A stretch of 63,449 nt of DNA, the filler included. It is 8 parts of 8 records of this genome, joined end to end, with 100 filler letters (N's around TTAATTAATTAA, not from the genome) between each part and the next. Parts side by side here need not be neighbours in the genome. Positions count along the whole stretch, not along the records: positions 1 to 10,585 come from SRR7504441_5454; positions 10,686 to 18,095 come from SRR7504441_5464; 6 more parts are not named here. One strand, 5' to 3'. The position numbers and the translations under genes are program-made. This document shows positions 1 to 11,012 of the stretch, piece after piece. The notes under the pieces were generated by a model. It was not told the origin of the DNA, did no database searches, and saw nothing but the letters and a program-made list of their open reading frames with translations. The number at the start of each line of letters is the position of its first letter. The stretch's first letter is position 1.

Positions 1-2223
1 GGGCGGGCCAACGCTGCCGTGGCCCAGTTTACGCTGAGCCTGCGCCCTGATTCCGCACAACGGTGCGCTGGGTCGTTGTGCTTTTGCCTGAATGACTTGC
101 CCGGCGGGCGGGTTGGGGTGTCCGGCTCTACGCCCAGCGAGCTGGCGGCTGGCGTGGGACACTACCTCCGGCAGTACGCAAACATGACGATTGGTTGGCC
201 CCGGGGCGGAGGCAGCTGGGTGTTCATTCCAGCCGAGTGGCCCAAGGTCGGCGGCACAGTCTGCCGCTCGCGGAGCGTACCCTGGAGCTACATCATGAAT
301 GTGTGCACCCACTCGTACTCGCTGGTGTGGTACGGCTGGGCCGACTGGGAGAGGTTTATCGATTGGATGGCGCTCAGCGGCATCAACAACTTCTTGGCGA
401 TGACTGGTCAGGAACTGGTGCAGTATAAGGTCTTCACTGCGCTCGGATTGAACGACACCGAGGTACGGGATTGGTTCAACGGCCCGGCGTTCCTCACCTG
501 GAGCCGTGGCCAGAATGAGTACGGAGCCAAGATCGCAGGCCCACTCCCACTGTCCTTTATGCATTCGCAGTGGGCGCTCCAACGGCAAATCCTCAACCGT
601 ACCCGGTCGCTGGGGCTGACGGGTCAACTCCCAGGGTTTCAGGGCAACGTACCGATTGCACTTAAAAGCAAGCTGGGCGACTCGAATATCACAGAGGCCG
701 GCGCTACGGGATGGATGAACTCTGCGGACCCCGTATACGGAAAAATCGCCGACCTGTGGATGCAGACGCTTGTGAAGGACTTTGGAACAGACCACTGGTA
801 TCAGCTTGACGGTTATTTCAACGGTGGAACGGCTCCCTGGCTGAGCGGGTCAGTCGCCGACTCTGGGTTAGAGCAACAGGATGATCACTCGTGGTTTGAG
901 CGAGGCGCGGCCGCGTACAAAGGGCTGAATCGTACCGATCCGGATGCGGTGTGGTCGTTTCAAGGCTGGGCATTTGTCGGGTGGAAGTCAGACCAGCAGG
1001 CCACCTTTTTGAAGAGTTTTATTGATGCCACGCCCAAGGGCAAGTTTAACGTGATTGATATGAGTGTGGACGGGGACGGTGAATGGAAAAAGTGGAATTC
1101 GAGCGACTTCTGGGGAGCGAATTTCATTTGGACCACGCTGCATGATTTTGGAGGCACAGATGGGATGAAGGGCCAGTTGGCTCACATTAATCAAATTCCT
1201 GCCGACGTGCCAAAGCTAAAGAATGTGTGGGGTACTGGTTTCACACCGGAGGGAATTGACCAGAATCCCGTGTATTACCAGTTCATGCTCGAGGTCAACT
1301 GGCTTGAACAGCCAGTGAGCGACATGACCGCCTATATTGTCGAGCAGAGCCACCGTCGCTATGGCCTTCGGGCTCCAGCACCAAGTGTCGAGCGCGCGTG
1401 GGCGCTGCTCGTGAACTCGTCCTATTCTCAAGACCTGTCAGTCCAGGACGGCACTGCTGTGCCGCATATTGGGCCTGGCGAGTCGTGGGCTTTCACCGAT
1501 CAGGCCCCTTCGGACATCTTGTGTCAAGTGCATGCCGCCTGGGTCTCACTGCTGGATGCGGCTGGATTGGTGGACCAAGCAGTCGAGCCGTTCAGATACG
1601 ATCTGGTCAACACGGGCCGGGAGGTGCTGGCTCAGCTCGCAGGTCTGTATGGCAAGAACTTTACTGACGCGATCGGAGCTCATGCGCTAGATCACCAGGT
1701 GGTGCTCAGCACAGGAAATGCATATGCTGCAATCCTGAGAGACGTTGACCAGCTAGTTGGGCACGACCAAGCCTTTCTGCTGGGCCCTTGGCTGAAGATG
1801 GCTCGCGAGCTAGCTGGCAGCGCGACCGATTGCACTGACACGGGCTATGAAACAATCACTGACTGCAGGAGATTCATGGAATGGAACGCCCGTGTCCAAT
1901 TGACGACCTGGAATCCTACGCCGAGGGGCGCTGCCAAGGTGCCGTCTGGTCCGGTGGACTATGCATCAAAGCACTGGAGTGGGCTTATCGGAGACTACTA
2001 CGCCAGGCGTGTCGAGCTGGTCACTGCCCAAGCTCTAGCTGACGCCGCTCGCAAGCAACCTTTGGATGCTCAGGCCGTGGAGCGGATCAAAGCGGAACAC
2101 GCGTACAATTGGACCACAGCTACTAGCAGCTACCCGCTCCTGCCTGAAGAGGATTTCGTGCAAGTCTCGAGGAGCATGCAAGCAAAGTACGCGTCACACT
2201 TTCAGACATGCACAACAAACTAA
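1..2223 (+). CDS. NAGLU: alpha-N-acetylglucosaminidase (GH89), 5' partial
   Basis: Long uninterrupted ORF with GH89 motifs MNVCTHSYSLVWYGWADWERFIDWMALSGIN, GPAFLTWSR, LHDFGG, GTGFTPEGIDQNPVYY, RYDLVN, DYASKHWSGLIGDYY; ends TAA at 2223. Confidence 0.93.
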   Translation, partial: GRANAAVAQFTLSLRPDSAQRCAGSLCFCLNDLPGGRVGVSGSTPSELAAGVGHYLRQYANMTIGWPRGGGSWVFIPAEWPKVGGTVCRSRSVPWSYIMNVCTHSYSLVWYGWADWERFIDWMALSGINNFLAMTGQELVQYKVFTALGLNDTEVRDWFNGPAFLTWSRGQNEYGAKIAGPLPLSFMHSQWALQRQILNRTRSLGLTGQLPGFQGNVPIALKSKLGDSNITEAGATGWMNSADPVYGKIADLWMQTLVKDFGTDHWYQLDGYFNGGTAPWLSGSVADSGLEQQDDHSWFERGAAAYKGLNRTDPDAVWSFQGWAFVGWKSDQQATFLKSFIDATPKGKFNVIDMSVDGDGEWKKWNSSDFWGANFIWTTLHDFGGTDGMKGQLAHINQIPADVPKLKNVWGTGFTPEGIDQNPVYYQFMLEVNWLEQPVSDMTAYIVEQSHRRYGLRAPAPSVERAWALLVNSSYSQDLSVQDGTAVPHIGPGESWAFTDQAPSDILCQVHAAWVSLLDAAGLVDQAVEPFRYDLVNTGREVLAQLAGLYGKNFTDAIGAHALDHQVVLSTGNAYAAILRDVDQLVGHDQAFLLGPWLKMARELAGSATDCTDTGYETITDCRRFMEWNARVQLTTWNPTPRGAAKVPSGPVDYASKHWSGLIGDYYARRVELVTAQALADAARKQPLDAQAVERIKAEHAYNWTTATSSYPLLPEEDFVQVSRSMQAKYASHFQTCTTN

Positions 2224-2528
2224 GCACAAGATCTACGTATCGTCTAGATCTTGTGCTTAGTTAGTTGGTTAGTTAGTTACCGAACATTTCTTAAAGATCA
2301 TACTAACAATCAACTAGTCATGCACTACTAATAACTCTCGATTCACTGAATACCGAGCTCAATATACACGCCATCCGATAGGTCAAACCATGTTAAATTC
2401 GCATTGACCAGTAAGTCCATTAAGTAATATGTGCTCATCGGTATCAAAGTCGAGCACGACGTCCAAAAATTCATCGAACCTTAATCAAAATTTGCACATC
2501 GACCTCCCCGTTCAACTTTTAGCTTAGC

Positions 2529-3368
2529 TTACCTTAGCTTCGCTGCAAGATGCTCAAAGTGTATTTGGCTAGCGAGCTGCGCCGCTGTCCGGCCATGCTG
2601 CGAGCACCAGTCACGCGGCAGCACGCTCGGCCTGATGCCTTGTCCTGCAGCTCCTTCTGGGCGCCAGCTAGCAGCAGCGCTTCCACCGTCTCCACAGAAT
2701 TGGCCAGGCAGGCCTTATGGAGTGCGGTCAGCCCATCCTGCCTTCCGTGCTCTCCTCCCCCACCCCGGCTCCCACCTCCCCAGCCGCGTTCAGCTCAGCC
2801 TTGGCCGCCAGCAATAGCTTGACGACCACCGCCCTACCCTGCCCTGCCCTGCTCGGGGCCCCAGGCAGGCGGCCGGGTCGCCTGCTCGGCAGCCAGCAGC
2901 ACCGGGCTGATCCCGCGCTGCCCGACAAATCGCGGCCCGCCCAGTGGCCCAGGCGCACCTGATCGAGCGTATTGACGCGGGCGCCGGCTCTGATCAGGGC
3001 GGCGGCCGCCTGGCTGTGCCCTCCTGAGGCGGCTAGGTGCAGCGGGACCATCCCGAGCTGCACAGCTGTCAAGCCCTCGGGTGGCGGCAGCACCGCATTG
3101 GACGCATCAACTGGGGCGCCTGCAGCGATCAGCCTGTCCACCTAGCCCAGGGTCTGCCCGCTGCGACAAGGCCGGCACACCGTGGGCTGGTCGGCCTCGC
3201 CGCCGCAGGCCCGGTGCAGCAGGCTGTTGCCCTCCGGATCGGCCGCGGTCACCGGTGCGCCTGGCGAGCCAATTGGGGCAGGGGTGAGGCAGCCGCGCCT
3301 GAGGCTAGCAGACGCTCAACCAACTCGACGTCACCCTCCTCCGCCGCCTCCAAGAGCTCCTCGGCCAT
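2529..3368 (-). CDS. small ankyrin-repeat protein, 7 short introns
   Basis: Spliced reconstruction MAEELLEAAEEGDVELVERLLASGAPVTAADPEGNSLLHRA...GMVPLHLAASGGH...GISPVLLAAEQGR...DGLTALHKAC...DKHGRTAAQLA...KLR*; introns 36-43 nt including GC-AG at 3261-3298, 2839-2881 and 2598-2638. Confidence 0.85.
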
Positions 3369-3685
3369 TTTACACGGTGAGTCTACTGCGTAGACTCTAG
3401 ACTCTACGGTAGTGAAGGTGATCAGGCTACGCAGCACCGTGACAGACTGTCTGACTCATGATCAGGCTGCTAACTGCTACTGTACAGCATGCGCATGTAT
3501 AGTATGGGAAGAGCCTCCGCCTGCCGGAGTACAGGTAGGTACCGTATAGTACCGTAGAGCCTACGAATCGTATACAGCGGCTATTAGGGTCAGGTGCTCG
3601 TACTTATCACCTCCATTGCCTAGGAAGGGTTGTGCATGCACACGGAGTCTTAAAAAATCATGAACTACAATGCCACGTAGTTAGT

Positions 3686-6600
3686 CTATGCATAATAAGA
3701 TGCAGGGGCCACGGCCTCAGATAAAGTCACGAGCTGCTCGTCGTCAAATGCGGTTTGGTGCTCCATCCACAAATCACGATGTGATTGCCAAAACGCGACA
3801 AATAGCTTTTTGATGGTGTCACATACAGGCCAAGGAGCTTGAACATGCTGTGCAAGAAGGCAGATCGCGGCTGGCATGAACTCCGGCACATCATACGGTG
3901 AGGATTGAATAGCCGCACTTAAACAGAGCACTCCCCCATGAAAGAGACGCAGGCCATCTCCAGACTTTGGGCACTGGCCCTGGCACTGTTGAGTCCCTCG
4001 CTGTACACACGCCACCAGCAATCGAACGTCCGGTTCGCAGCGACACAAAGTCTGGTACAAGTCACATGCTGCCTGTTGATTCTCTAGCTGGAGGTCCACC
4101 AGCAGGTGATCTTCGACAAAAGTGAATACAGCCTCATCCCTAACGCCAAGGAACTGGTTTTCAACTAAGAACTGCCGCAAGAACACAAGCAGCAACTTTC
4201 TACGGTGCCAATCGCCTCTAGAAATCTGGTCTCGGACAATGTCTATCACGCTCATTGCAGCCTGCTTCGAATGAAATTGAGTGGTGGCAATGGAGAGCAC
4301 GGCAAATTTGATGGTATTCTGAGTATTCTTATGCTGCACTAGACACGACAAGTCCAGAAGACATACTAGAGATGAGCCTACGTAAGACTCGAAGAGTCCG
4401 CCATAGGACCTTGCAAAGATCAGAAGCAAGGAAATGTATGCCTCGACGAGTCCCCGCCAAACTGGTTCAGGACAATTGCTGTTCGCTGCTGCCACCACTT
4501 TCTCCTGTGCAGCAACAAACACTGGACTTGGACCAAGAGGCTCAAGCTCAAGCATGCATAAGACTAGAAGCTTACACGCTAGAGGACGAATCAAACCCGA
4601 AGACGACGACATCTGAGCCGTGCCTAGCACTTTAAGGCTTTGCACTTCTAGAGGGGCTCGCACTGAGAACTGCTCCTCACAACAGCCCACTAGAAGCTGA
4701 AGCCATTTGCGGCCTTCTGCATCTTGCGAGTCAACCAGGTTTGAGGCCCTATCGGCCAACCCATTTTGAAGCCAGGCAAGACATCCCTGTTGCGACCGTC
4801 CCCGTGTTGCATAGCTGAGAGCTGCTCGCCACACACCCAGCATCTGATCCCCACAAGGGCTTTGGTCGATCAACGCTGAAAGTCGCGGCCATAACCATGC
4901 AGCACCGTCGTCTTCTAAAACTCGAAGAGCGCGAATCATTCCCGCCATAAGCTCTGCAGATACACAGAGTGTACTAAAATCAGTGCAACCTTCTTTGATT
5001 GTTGCATCAAGTGCATCAAGCAACAATCTGTAACATTCTCCTTGGGTTTGAGAGTTCCCCATCCCAGAACGTACTAGAGCGCATACAAATCTTGCAGCCG
5101 AGGTGCTGAATCTCTCCGGCACCTCATTTGGTTCTAACCTTAACCCAGTCCGGAAAATAATTAAAATAACATCACCTGTGTTGGCTGTGCTATGCCGATT
5201 TCGCTCTCCTCGAAGCCACCGGTTCTGCGTCATCCGCTTGAATACAGTGCTTACCCACTCCTGGTCACCCAAACATCGGGTTGATAGACTATTAGCAGCT
5301 GCGCTGCCTACTGTGGAGCTTGCATGGTTCAATACAGAAGGGAGACTGTTGATCCCTATCGAGTGCAAGATTGGATTCTGGGCAACGCACATCTGAGTAA
5401 CGTGAGTCAATGTGGAGATGGGAGTACGCTCTGGCGACGCGGCCAGCAGTGTACCACAGCTTCTGATCAACATGTGCTTCCAGTGCTGATCTTCAGATGC
5501 TGCAGGGCATGCCATGTCTTGCTCTGGTACTGCCTCTATGTCATCTCTAATAGTGGACGAACTGCTCAAAGAGACGAATCCCGCCGCAAAGGTGGTAAAT
5601 AACTCCTCTAATCTCTGCGTCACTGATGGCTTTCGTGAGCGCTGTTCTGGATTGGTTTGCGCCTTCGTCATTCCAGCCCACAGCTGTGGATTTCGTACCA
5701 GCTGAGTCATAAAATTGGACGAGCTCAGCAAATAGCAAGCTCCGGTGACCTCGTGATCCTGCAGATTAGGGTCCTGGAGCAGATTTACGAGTCGAAGGGC
5801 CAGAGAATAGGTGACCCCCGGATACATTCTTAAGAAATCTTCCAGCGCATGTTGAGATCTCTTCCTCACCTTTGAGTACTCATGCAAAGAGAGAGTCGTT
5901 AGGTCGTCCAAGAGAGCAAGGACCCACTCAGGCACCTCTTCCTCCTCTGACGTATCCAGGATGCACAAGCTCAATCGAAATCTATGCAGCTGGTACAAAC
6001 TCCAAATGTGAGGGGACCACCGCATCTCTACGTCTGTCACATTTTTATGCAGACTCTTGTGAACCTTCTGAGCCGAGCGGGATTTTGTTTGTTTCTTTCG
6101 TGAGGCTCCATGATTAGTCAGCAGAAAGTTAACCAGCTTGATGAAAGAGCAAAGGGCGTGCAGTGTTGGCTGCGACTTGGCTGCAAGCACACCAGAATGA
6201 ATACGGTGACAACACCTGGCGATTCGTGAGCGCATTGTGTGAAATACTTCACTATCACCAGGCGCATCATGCAGTGGTAATACATGAGCCAGCCCGCAGA
6301 CTGAATTACGAAGGACAACCAGGCAGCGGTCCAACTCAGCCCAATACTCCACACATTCGTGATCTTCAACACACGAAGCCATTGTTTCGAGTCTGGTCAG
6401 GCAAGGCTCGACAAACATCTGGGTCAACTCTTGCGCTTGCATCATCTCTTCTGCAGAACATCTGTGCCATGTAAAATCTGCTTCGTTCGGCTGAGGGATT
6501 TGCGGGATTGCAACCACATCAGAGGCGTGAGCGCACTCATCTCTGAACAGCTTGACGTCAGTGATGAAAGTGCTAGTGAGACCCGCGAGCATACGTCGCA

Positions 6601-8503
6601 GTAGCTTAGCACCGATTTTATAGACTTTGCGGCTGGAATGCCCAAGGGAGCGTTGGATCATGCTTACGAGCTCTGCTCGGTGTAATAATAACTCAGACCC
6701 AGCGTAGCGCACAATCTGAGCTGCGACTCGCAGCGAGTAGAGCACCTCAGCCTCGAGGGAGTTGGCGCACATGCAGCGCTCGTGAAGTAGCGGCATGTAC
6801 TGCTTTAGTGCCAGGGCTGGCTGTGGCCTTGCGAGAGCCTCATACAGGAAGCCTAGATTCTTTGCATGCGATGCAGAATCGGGAAGGCAACCCAGCTGGT
6901 GCCACAACCGAGTCCTCAGATCATCTATTAGTCTCTCCGAGCCCTGCGCAGCAATAGCCTTGAAGACTCGCCTGATGGCGTTGTCTCCACGGGCTTTACG
7001 TTCTCCAGCTGAGGCCTTGACTGCCATCACCAACAGCACGCGCGACAGGAGCGAGCTAGTCCAGTCTACGAGCTTGTCGCCCACCAGCCAGACCGAGTTT
7101 GCTATTGCATTGACCACTTTCAGACCAATCTTTGTCTTGGTAGCGTCGTTGGCGTCTATCGAATCGAGAACAGGGTCCAGGATAAGCATCAGCCTCTCCG
7201 GGTTCGGCTCAGCATACCGCACCACGGCCGGCATCACATGTGACAGTAGATCAAGGTAGGCACAAGCTTGGTGCGGTGACACCACAGCCGAAGCCGCAGT
7301 GGCCTGCTGGGCGCGATCAAGTAGCCGGCTGACCGCGTCTTGAGGCAGGAGATCGACCCAAAGCTTAGCTGCCTGAACCCCGCAAGATCGGACAAAACTA
7401 GATTTGCTGAACAGGCACATGTTGCATGCGAGTTCAGTCTTTGCAAACAGGTCACGCAATGACTGCGCATCGAGTGGGCATCGATGTCGCGAGCGTTTGG
7501 CCAGGGTGTGGCACAAGCACTGAAGAAAGTACGCACAGCGGGCGCTAGAGGAGCTGTTATTGGACGGGTGAAGCGCCAACTGCATTTGGCGGATCAGACT
7601 ATGCGTCATTTCGAGCTGCTGAGTGCCCACTGCGTTAACTGGGAGCATGTAGGCTGTAAGCTTTGCTGCATAGGCCACGGCGTCCATCTTGGACGGCACC
7701 ATATAAAGCAATTGCTGGCTCGGTGCAACAGCCGCACTCGTGATTTTGAGCGCAGTCGGCAGCTGCAGCGCATCGAGCACGCGCGGGAACAGCTCTCCGG
7801 CCCAGTCAGTCCAATCGAACCCGGGCGCAGTGTCGCGAGCCAGCCTGGCCAGCAGCTCCATCCAGCGGCAGTCCCAGTCTGCGACCCCTCGTAACTGGAT
7901 CCAGCACCGAATCCAGCCCCCGAGCAGCTGCGGCAGCTGCACCGCCGCCTCGGACGGGTTGGTCGGACAGAGCAGCCCGAGCATGGCCTGGGCCCGGAAG
8001 CAGCCTGGATGGTGCGTCAGGTGCAGCTCCTGCCTGGTTTCCTCCTCCAGCTCGGCCCAAGCTGACCGATCGAAATACCGCCGAGCTTTCTTACAGAGCG
8101 TCATCATCGCCTCAGCGTGCTTCTGCCGGACGATCGCGCCGGTGAACCGCTGGCCTGACCGTTTGGAAAAATGGACCTGGTGAAAGGCTTGCCAGAGCTC
8201 GCGCCAGGGCAGCGCGAACGGGAGCTCGAAACCCTTCTTCTTGAGCAGCCGGGAGAGCAGGTGCCCAGCGGTGAGCTGCCGGTGCGGGTCGTGTGCCCGG
8301 CCCCGGAACCCAACCCGCCAGAGCAGCTGGACCAGGTGGGCCCGGCCGCCCGGCCCCAGTGGCTCCTTGAGGTCGAGCGCCCCGGAGAGCAGGTGCCGGC
8401 CGCGGATGAACGCCCCGTCGCCCGCCTGCTGCAGGCAGCCGGCCGCCACAGGCAGCAGCCTCCCCTCGAGCTCGCCCTCCCACCGCCACGCGTCCAGCTC
8501 CAT
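3686..8503 (-). CDS. PSME4: proteasome activator PA200/Blm10
   Basis: About 1600 aa HEAT-like ORF with YSKVRKRSQ, HGGVLCLSAAIQSSPYDVPEFMP, FWQSHRDLW and the C-terminal SYYA (HbYX-type) motif; no frame-disrupting intron. Confidence 0.92.
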   Translation of the reverse strand: MELDAWRWEGELEGRLLPVAAGCLQQAGDGAFIRGRHLLSGALDLKEPLGPGGRAHLVQLLWRVGFRGRAHDPHRQLTAGHLLSRLLKKKGFELPFALPWRELWQAFHQVHFSKRSGQRFTGAIVRQKHAEAMMTLCKKARRYFDRSAWAELEEETRQELHLTHHPGCFRAQAMLGLLCPTNPSEAAVQLPQLLGGWIRCWIQLRGVADWDCRWMELLARLARDTAPGFDWTDWAGELFPRVLDALQLPTALKITSAAVAPSQQLLYMVPSKMDAVAYAAKLTAYMLPVNAVGTQQLEMTHSLIRQMQLALHPSNNSSSSARCAYFLQCLCHTLAKRSRHRCPLDAQSLRDLFAKTELACNMCLFSKSSFVRSCGVQAAKLWVDLLPQDAVSRLLDRAQQATAASAVVSPHQACAYLDLLSHVMPAVVRYAEPNPERLMLILDPVLDSIDANDATKTKIGLKVVNAIANSVWLVGDKLVDWTSSLLSRVLLVMAVKASAGERKARGDNAIRRVFKAIAAQGSERLIDDLRTRLWHQLGCLPDSASHAKNLGFLYEALARPQPALALKQYMPLLHERCMCANSLEAEVLYSLRVAAQIVRYAGSELLLHRAELVSMIQRSLGHSSRKVYKIGAKLLRRMLAGLTSTFITDVKLFRDECAHASDVVAIPQIPQPNEADFTWHRCSAEEMMQAQELTQMFVEPCLTRLETMASCVEDHECVEYWAELDRCLVVLRNSVCGLAHVLPLHDAPGDSEVFHTMRSRIARCCHRIHSGVLAAKSQPTLHALCSFIKLVNFLLTNHGASRKKQTKSRSAQKVHKSLHKNVTDVEMRWSPHIWSLYQLHRFRLSLCILDTSEEEEVPEWVLALLDDLTTLSLHEYSKVRKRSQHALEDFLRMYPGVTYSLALRLVNLLQDPNLQDHEVTGACYLLSSSNFMTQLVRNPQLWAGMTKAQTNPEQRSRKPSVTQRLEELFTTFAAGFVSLSSSSTIRDDIEAVPEQDMACPAASEDQHWKHMLIRSCGTLLAASPERTPISTLTHVTQMCVAQNPILHSIGINSLPSVLNHASSTVGSAAANSLSTRCLGDQEWVSTVFKRMTQNRWLRGERNRHSTANTGDVILIIFRTGLRLEPNEVPERFSTSAARFVCALVRSGMGNSQTQGECYRLLLDALDATIKEGCTDFSTLCVSAELMAGMIRALRVLEDDGAAWLWPRLSALIDQSPCGDQMLGVWRAALSYATRGRSQQGCLAWLQNGLADRASNLVDSQDAEGRKWLQLLVGCCEEQFSVRAPLEVQSLKVLGTAQMSSSSGLIRPLACKLLVLCMLELEPLGPSPVFVAAQEKVVAAANSNCPEPVWRGLVEAYISLLLIFARSYGGLFESYVGSSLVCLLDLSCLVQHKNTQNTIKFAVLSIATTQFHSKQAAMSVIDIVRDQISRGDWHRRKLLLVFLRQFLVENQFLGVRDEAVFTFVEDHLLVDLQLENQQAACDLYQTLCRCEPDVRLLVACVQRGTQQCQGQCPKSGDGLRLFHGGVLCLSAAIQSSPYDVPEFMPAAICLLAQHVQAPWPVCDTIKKLFVAFWQSHRDLWMEHQTAFDDEQLVTLSEAVAPASYYA

Positions 8504-8554
8504 CACACTCCGCGCGACTCCGCCTCAGTCCGGCCGAGTCGGGCGGCGTGCTGC

Positions 8555-8562
8555 TGCCGTTG
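8555..8562 (+). promoter_or_regulatory. Myb-like promoter element TGCCGTTG
   Basis: Near the centre of the 94-bp gap between divergent ATGs 8503 and 8598. Confidence 0.55.
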
Positions 8563-8597
8563 TCGCGGCCGGTACGGCGGCACCACAACCAAGGGCA

Positions 8598-9649
8598 ATG
8601 CTCGTCCGCGAGTGGTGGCCGCCCGCCTGGTTGTCGGTGGCGAGCGCCGGGGTGCAGGAATCTGTTGTTGCAGGGCTGGAAGACCGCCGGGCCTTTGGTG
8701 CGTGCGGTTGGCTCCCGGCTGGACCGGGCGGGGCAGGCGGTACTGTGCTCAGGCCTGGTCGGCTGCGTGCTCGGGGTACTGGTGGCATTCATGGTGCCCA
8801 CCGGCGGCCCAGCCCGCGGGAGCCGGCCCAGGTGATCTGCTCGCTGGTCGAGATCTCGATTTCGTTCTTCGAGGCGGTTCTGTTCGGCTTTGTGCTGCTG
8901 TTCGTGGGCGCTTTCATGATCTGGTGCCGGGCCGACCGCTGGCCTCAACTGCCCTCTCCAGGCGGGCAGTGGCCGAAGACGAGTCGCAGCCGCCTCTGAT
9001 GTTCCGAATCGTCATGTGAGCCTGCCCGTGTCGGCCGCGCTCGACTGTGGGGGCAGGGGCGCGTTCGGGGGCGTAGTGGGGCTGTCCGGGCTCTGCTGCT
9101 TCATGCTGCAAGAGGGTTGGCGGCACGGAATGTCGCCGCACGCCAAAGTGCCGATCTACTTTCTGCTCGGGACGACTTTGAGCTTCTCGGTGATCTTTGG
9201 GTTTGGAGAGATTGTCAATATATGCATCGGGTACTGTCTCAAGGAGGAGGTTTTGCCACCACCAGAGGGCCGGGCTCACTGCGGGCAGGCGGCGCCGATT
9301 CTCAACTCGCCCAAGCAAATCATACTGTTGGTGGTGCTCGCCTGTGTGATGGGTGCCGCCGAAGGCATCATCTTTGGCACGCTCGACGCAGAAGACGACA
9401 TCTACCTCCGGAATAATTTCCAGAAGGTCCACTCAGCCTTCTAGGAGAACACACTAATCTGTGGAGCGCAGGCCAATGGCTACTGCATGTGGATCGGTGG
9501 GAGCGCAGGGCTTGTGGTTTGTGCACCTCCCTTCTTGTCATTGATAACCGGTGTTGCAGATGGGAATCATCAACGAAAGCCTACGACACCAACCAAGCAC
9601 GGAGAACGAACACCAAAAGAACAGGACAGATCCGTATGAAACAATTTGA
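8598..9649 (+). CDS. multi-pass membrane protein of a conserved protist type, ~6 introns
   Basis: Spliced exons give several hydrophobic segments plus KVPIYFLLGTTLSFSVIF and GIIFGTLDAEDD; ends ...DPYETI-TGA at 9649. Confidence 0.7.
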
Positions 9650-9817
9650 GGTGTACAATCAAAATGATTGTCTCTCATATTGTATGTCACGTGGTGGAGC
9701 ACGAGTGGCCTTTAGACTATCAGTACACGCAAGTTATAGACAACAAGCTAGAATTAGATTAAACAATTGACATTGACTTGAAGTACTTGTATTAAGATTG
9801 TTCAGTTGATAAAATGG

Positions 9818-10356
9818 CTACAGTACTCGTGCAGTACATATCACGCCATGCCAGGATGAGGCGGCAGGATGAGGCGGCGCCTCGTGCAGCTCACACTGCG
9901 CAAACAGGCGATTCATCCCTGAGCAGGCAGCGGGGCTACCTTATTGTTCTGGTTGTCGTCAAAGTCGGCCATTGCGTTCCTCGAGGTGGTTGGCATCCCC
10001 AGAGCTTGCAGCAGAGAGACCAATTGAGGGCCGCGGATGAAATTCCGATCCAGCTCGGCGCTGAACACACGGAATACCTTACGTGCGACCACTACTGAGT
10101 CTCCTTTCACAAAGCCGAGTGAGTAGTGATGGCAAAACTCGTGCGCCAGAGCTGGCGTCCAAGTGTCGCCGTCTGCGTCGGTCCATCTCTCCTGACTCTC
10201 TGCAGCGGCCAGGCTTTTGCCGGTCGGCGGGCCCGCGGTAGGCGGGAAGTGGCTCGGGCCCGCCGGTGGGCTCGCCACCGCGGGTGGGAGGCCAGCAGCC
10301 ACGGGCTCCGGCCGCGTCACAGCCTCGCCACTGCCGCTGCTCGCACCGCACCCCAT
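9818..10356 (-). CDS. N-myristoylated/palmitoylated EF-hand protein (3' end uncertain)
   Basis: Starts MGCGASSG (dual acylation motif), Pro-rich linker, EF-hand-like ADFDDNQNNK|CELHE across a GT-AG intron. Confidence 0.55.
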
Positions 10357-10478
10357 CGGCCAGCTCAGCTGGCGGGAGTGTGCCCAAATCCGACCAAAGC
10401 AGCTTTTGCTCCAACTCCAACGGAAGAAGTCGCCACCGCAGGACAAGGCCTCTCAAACCCGGGCGCCTTGTCAGCACC

Positions 10479-10585
10479 ATGGCCGGGCTGGATGTCTCAG
10501 ACATCTTGGGCTCCCGCCCGATTGCCGAGCGCCGGCTAACTGCGGCGCGCGGCTCGCACAAGCCGCCGGCTGCCAAGAAGCCGGG
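10479..10585 (+). CDS. 5' fragment, possibly DMAP1/SWC4
   Basis: MAGLDVSDILG...KKPG resembles the DMAP1/SWC4 N-terminus (DVRDIL...KxPxG); truncated by contig end. Confidence 0.35.
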
Positions 10586-10685
10586 NNNNNNNNNNNNNNN
10601 NNNNNNNNNNNNNNNNNNNNNNNNNNNNNTTAATTAATTAANNNNNNNNNNNNNNNNNNNNNNNNNNNNNNNNNNNNNNNNNNNN
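10586..10685. other. artificial contig spacer N-TTAATTAATTAA-N
   Basis: Identical 100-bp spacer also at 18096-18195, 24702-24801, 34153-34252, 38918-39017, 49426-49525 and 59715-59814. Confidence 0.98.
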
Positions 10686-10941
10686 GCACAGCGATCGAGT
10701 TGTCGATCCAGTGGCTCCGGTGCTCCGTCCGTTGGAGCAGCTCGGCCGCCCGGCGCTGGGTGGCTGCCGCGTGCCGAGCGAGCGCGCGCACCAGGGCGGT
10801 CCGGCCGTGAGCCGGGTCGTGCGCGGCGAGCACGGGGCCGGTGTCGGCGTGGAACCGGACGAGCAGGTCTTGCTGCCCGGCGCCGAGCGTCGCGCACGCC
10901 AGAAGCAGCTGCAAACCCAAGGCAGTCGAGCTCGGTTGCAT
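10686..10941 (-). CDS. secreted protein N-terminus, probably a subtilisin (S8) propeptide; 3' partial
   Basis: Signal peptide [22 protein letters not shown] followed by RTALVRAL...ATQ...[10 protein letters not shown], similar to bacillopeptidase-F-type prodomains. Confidence 0.55.
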
Positions 10942-10977
10942 TGTTGAAGGCTCCCACGGCACGGCCGCGGCAAACGA

Positions 10978-10985
10978 CAACGGCG
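10978..10985 (-). promoter_or_regulatory. Myb-like promoter element (CAACGGCG on + strand)
   Basis: Near the centre of the 71-bp gap between ATGs 10941 and 11013. Confidence 0.55.
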
Positions 10986-11012
10986 GGAGGACACCCGGGC
11001 CAACCGGCACCG

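Noticed and set aside
2256-2280. TTAG-like short repeat as telomeric sequence
   Set aside because: Only a few imperfect units in an internal 3' spacer
10586-10685. Recurrent TTAATTAATTAA flanked by N runs (7 copies)
   Set aside because: Artificial all-frame-stop contig linker, not biology; no synteny is inferred across it
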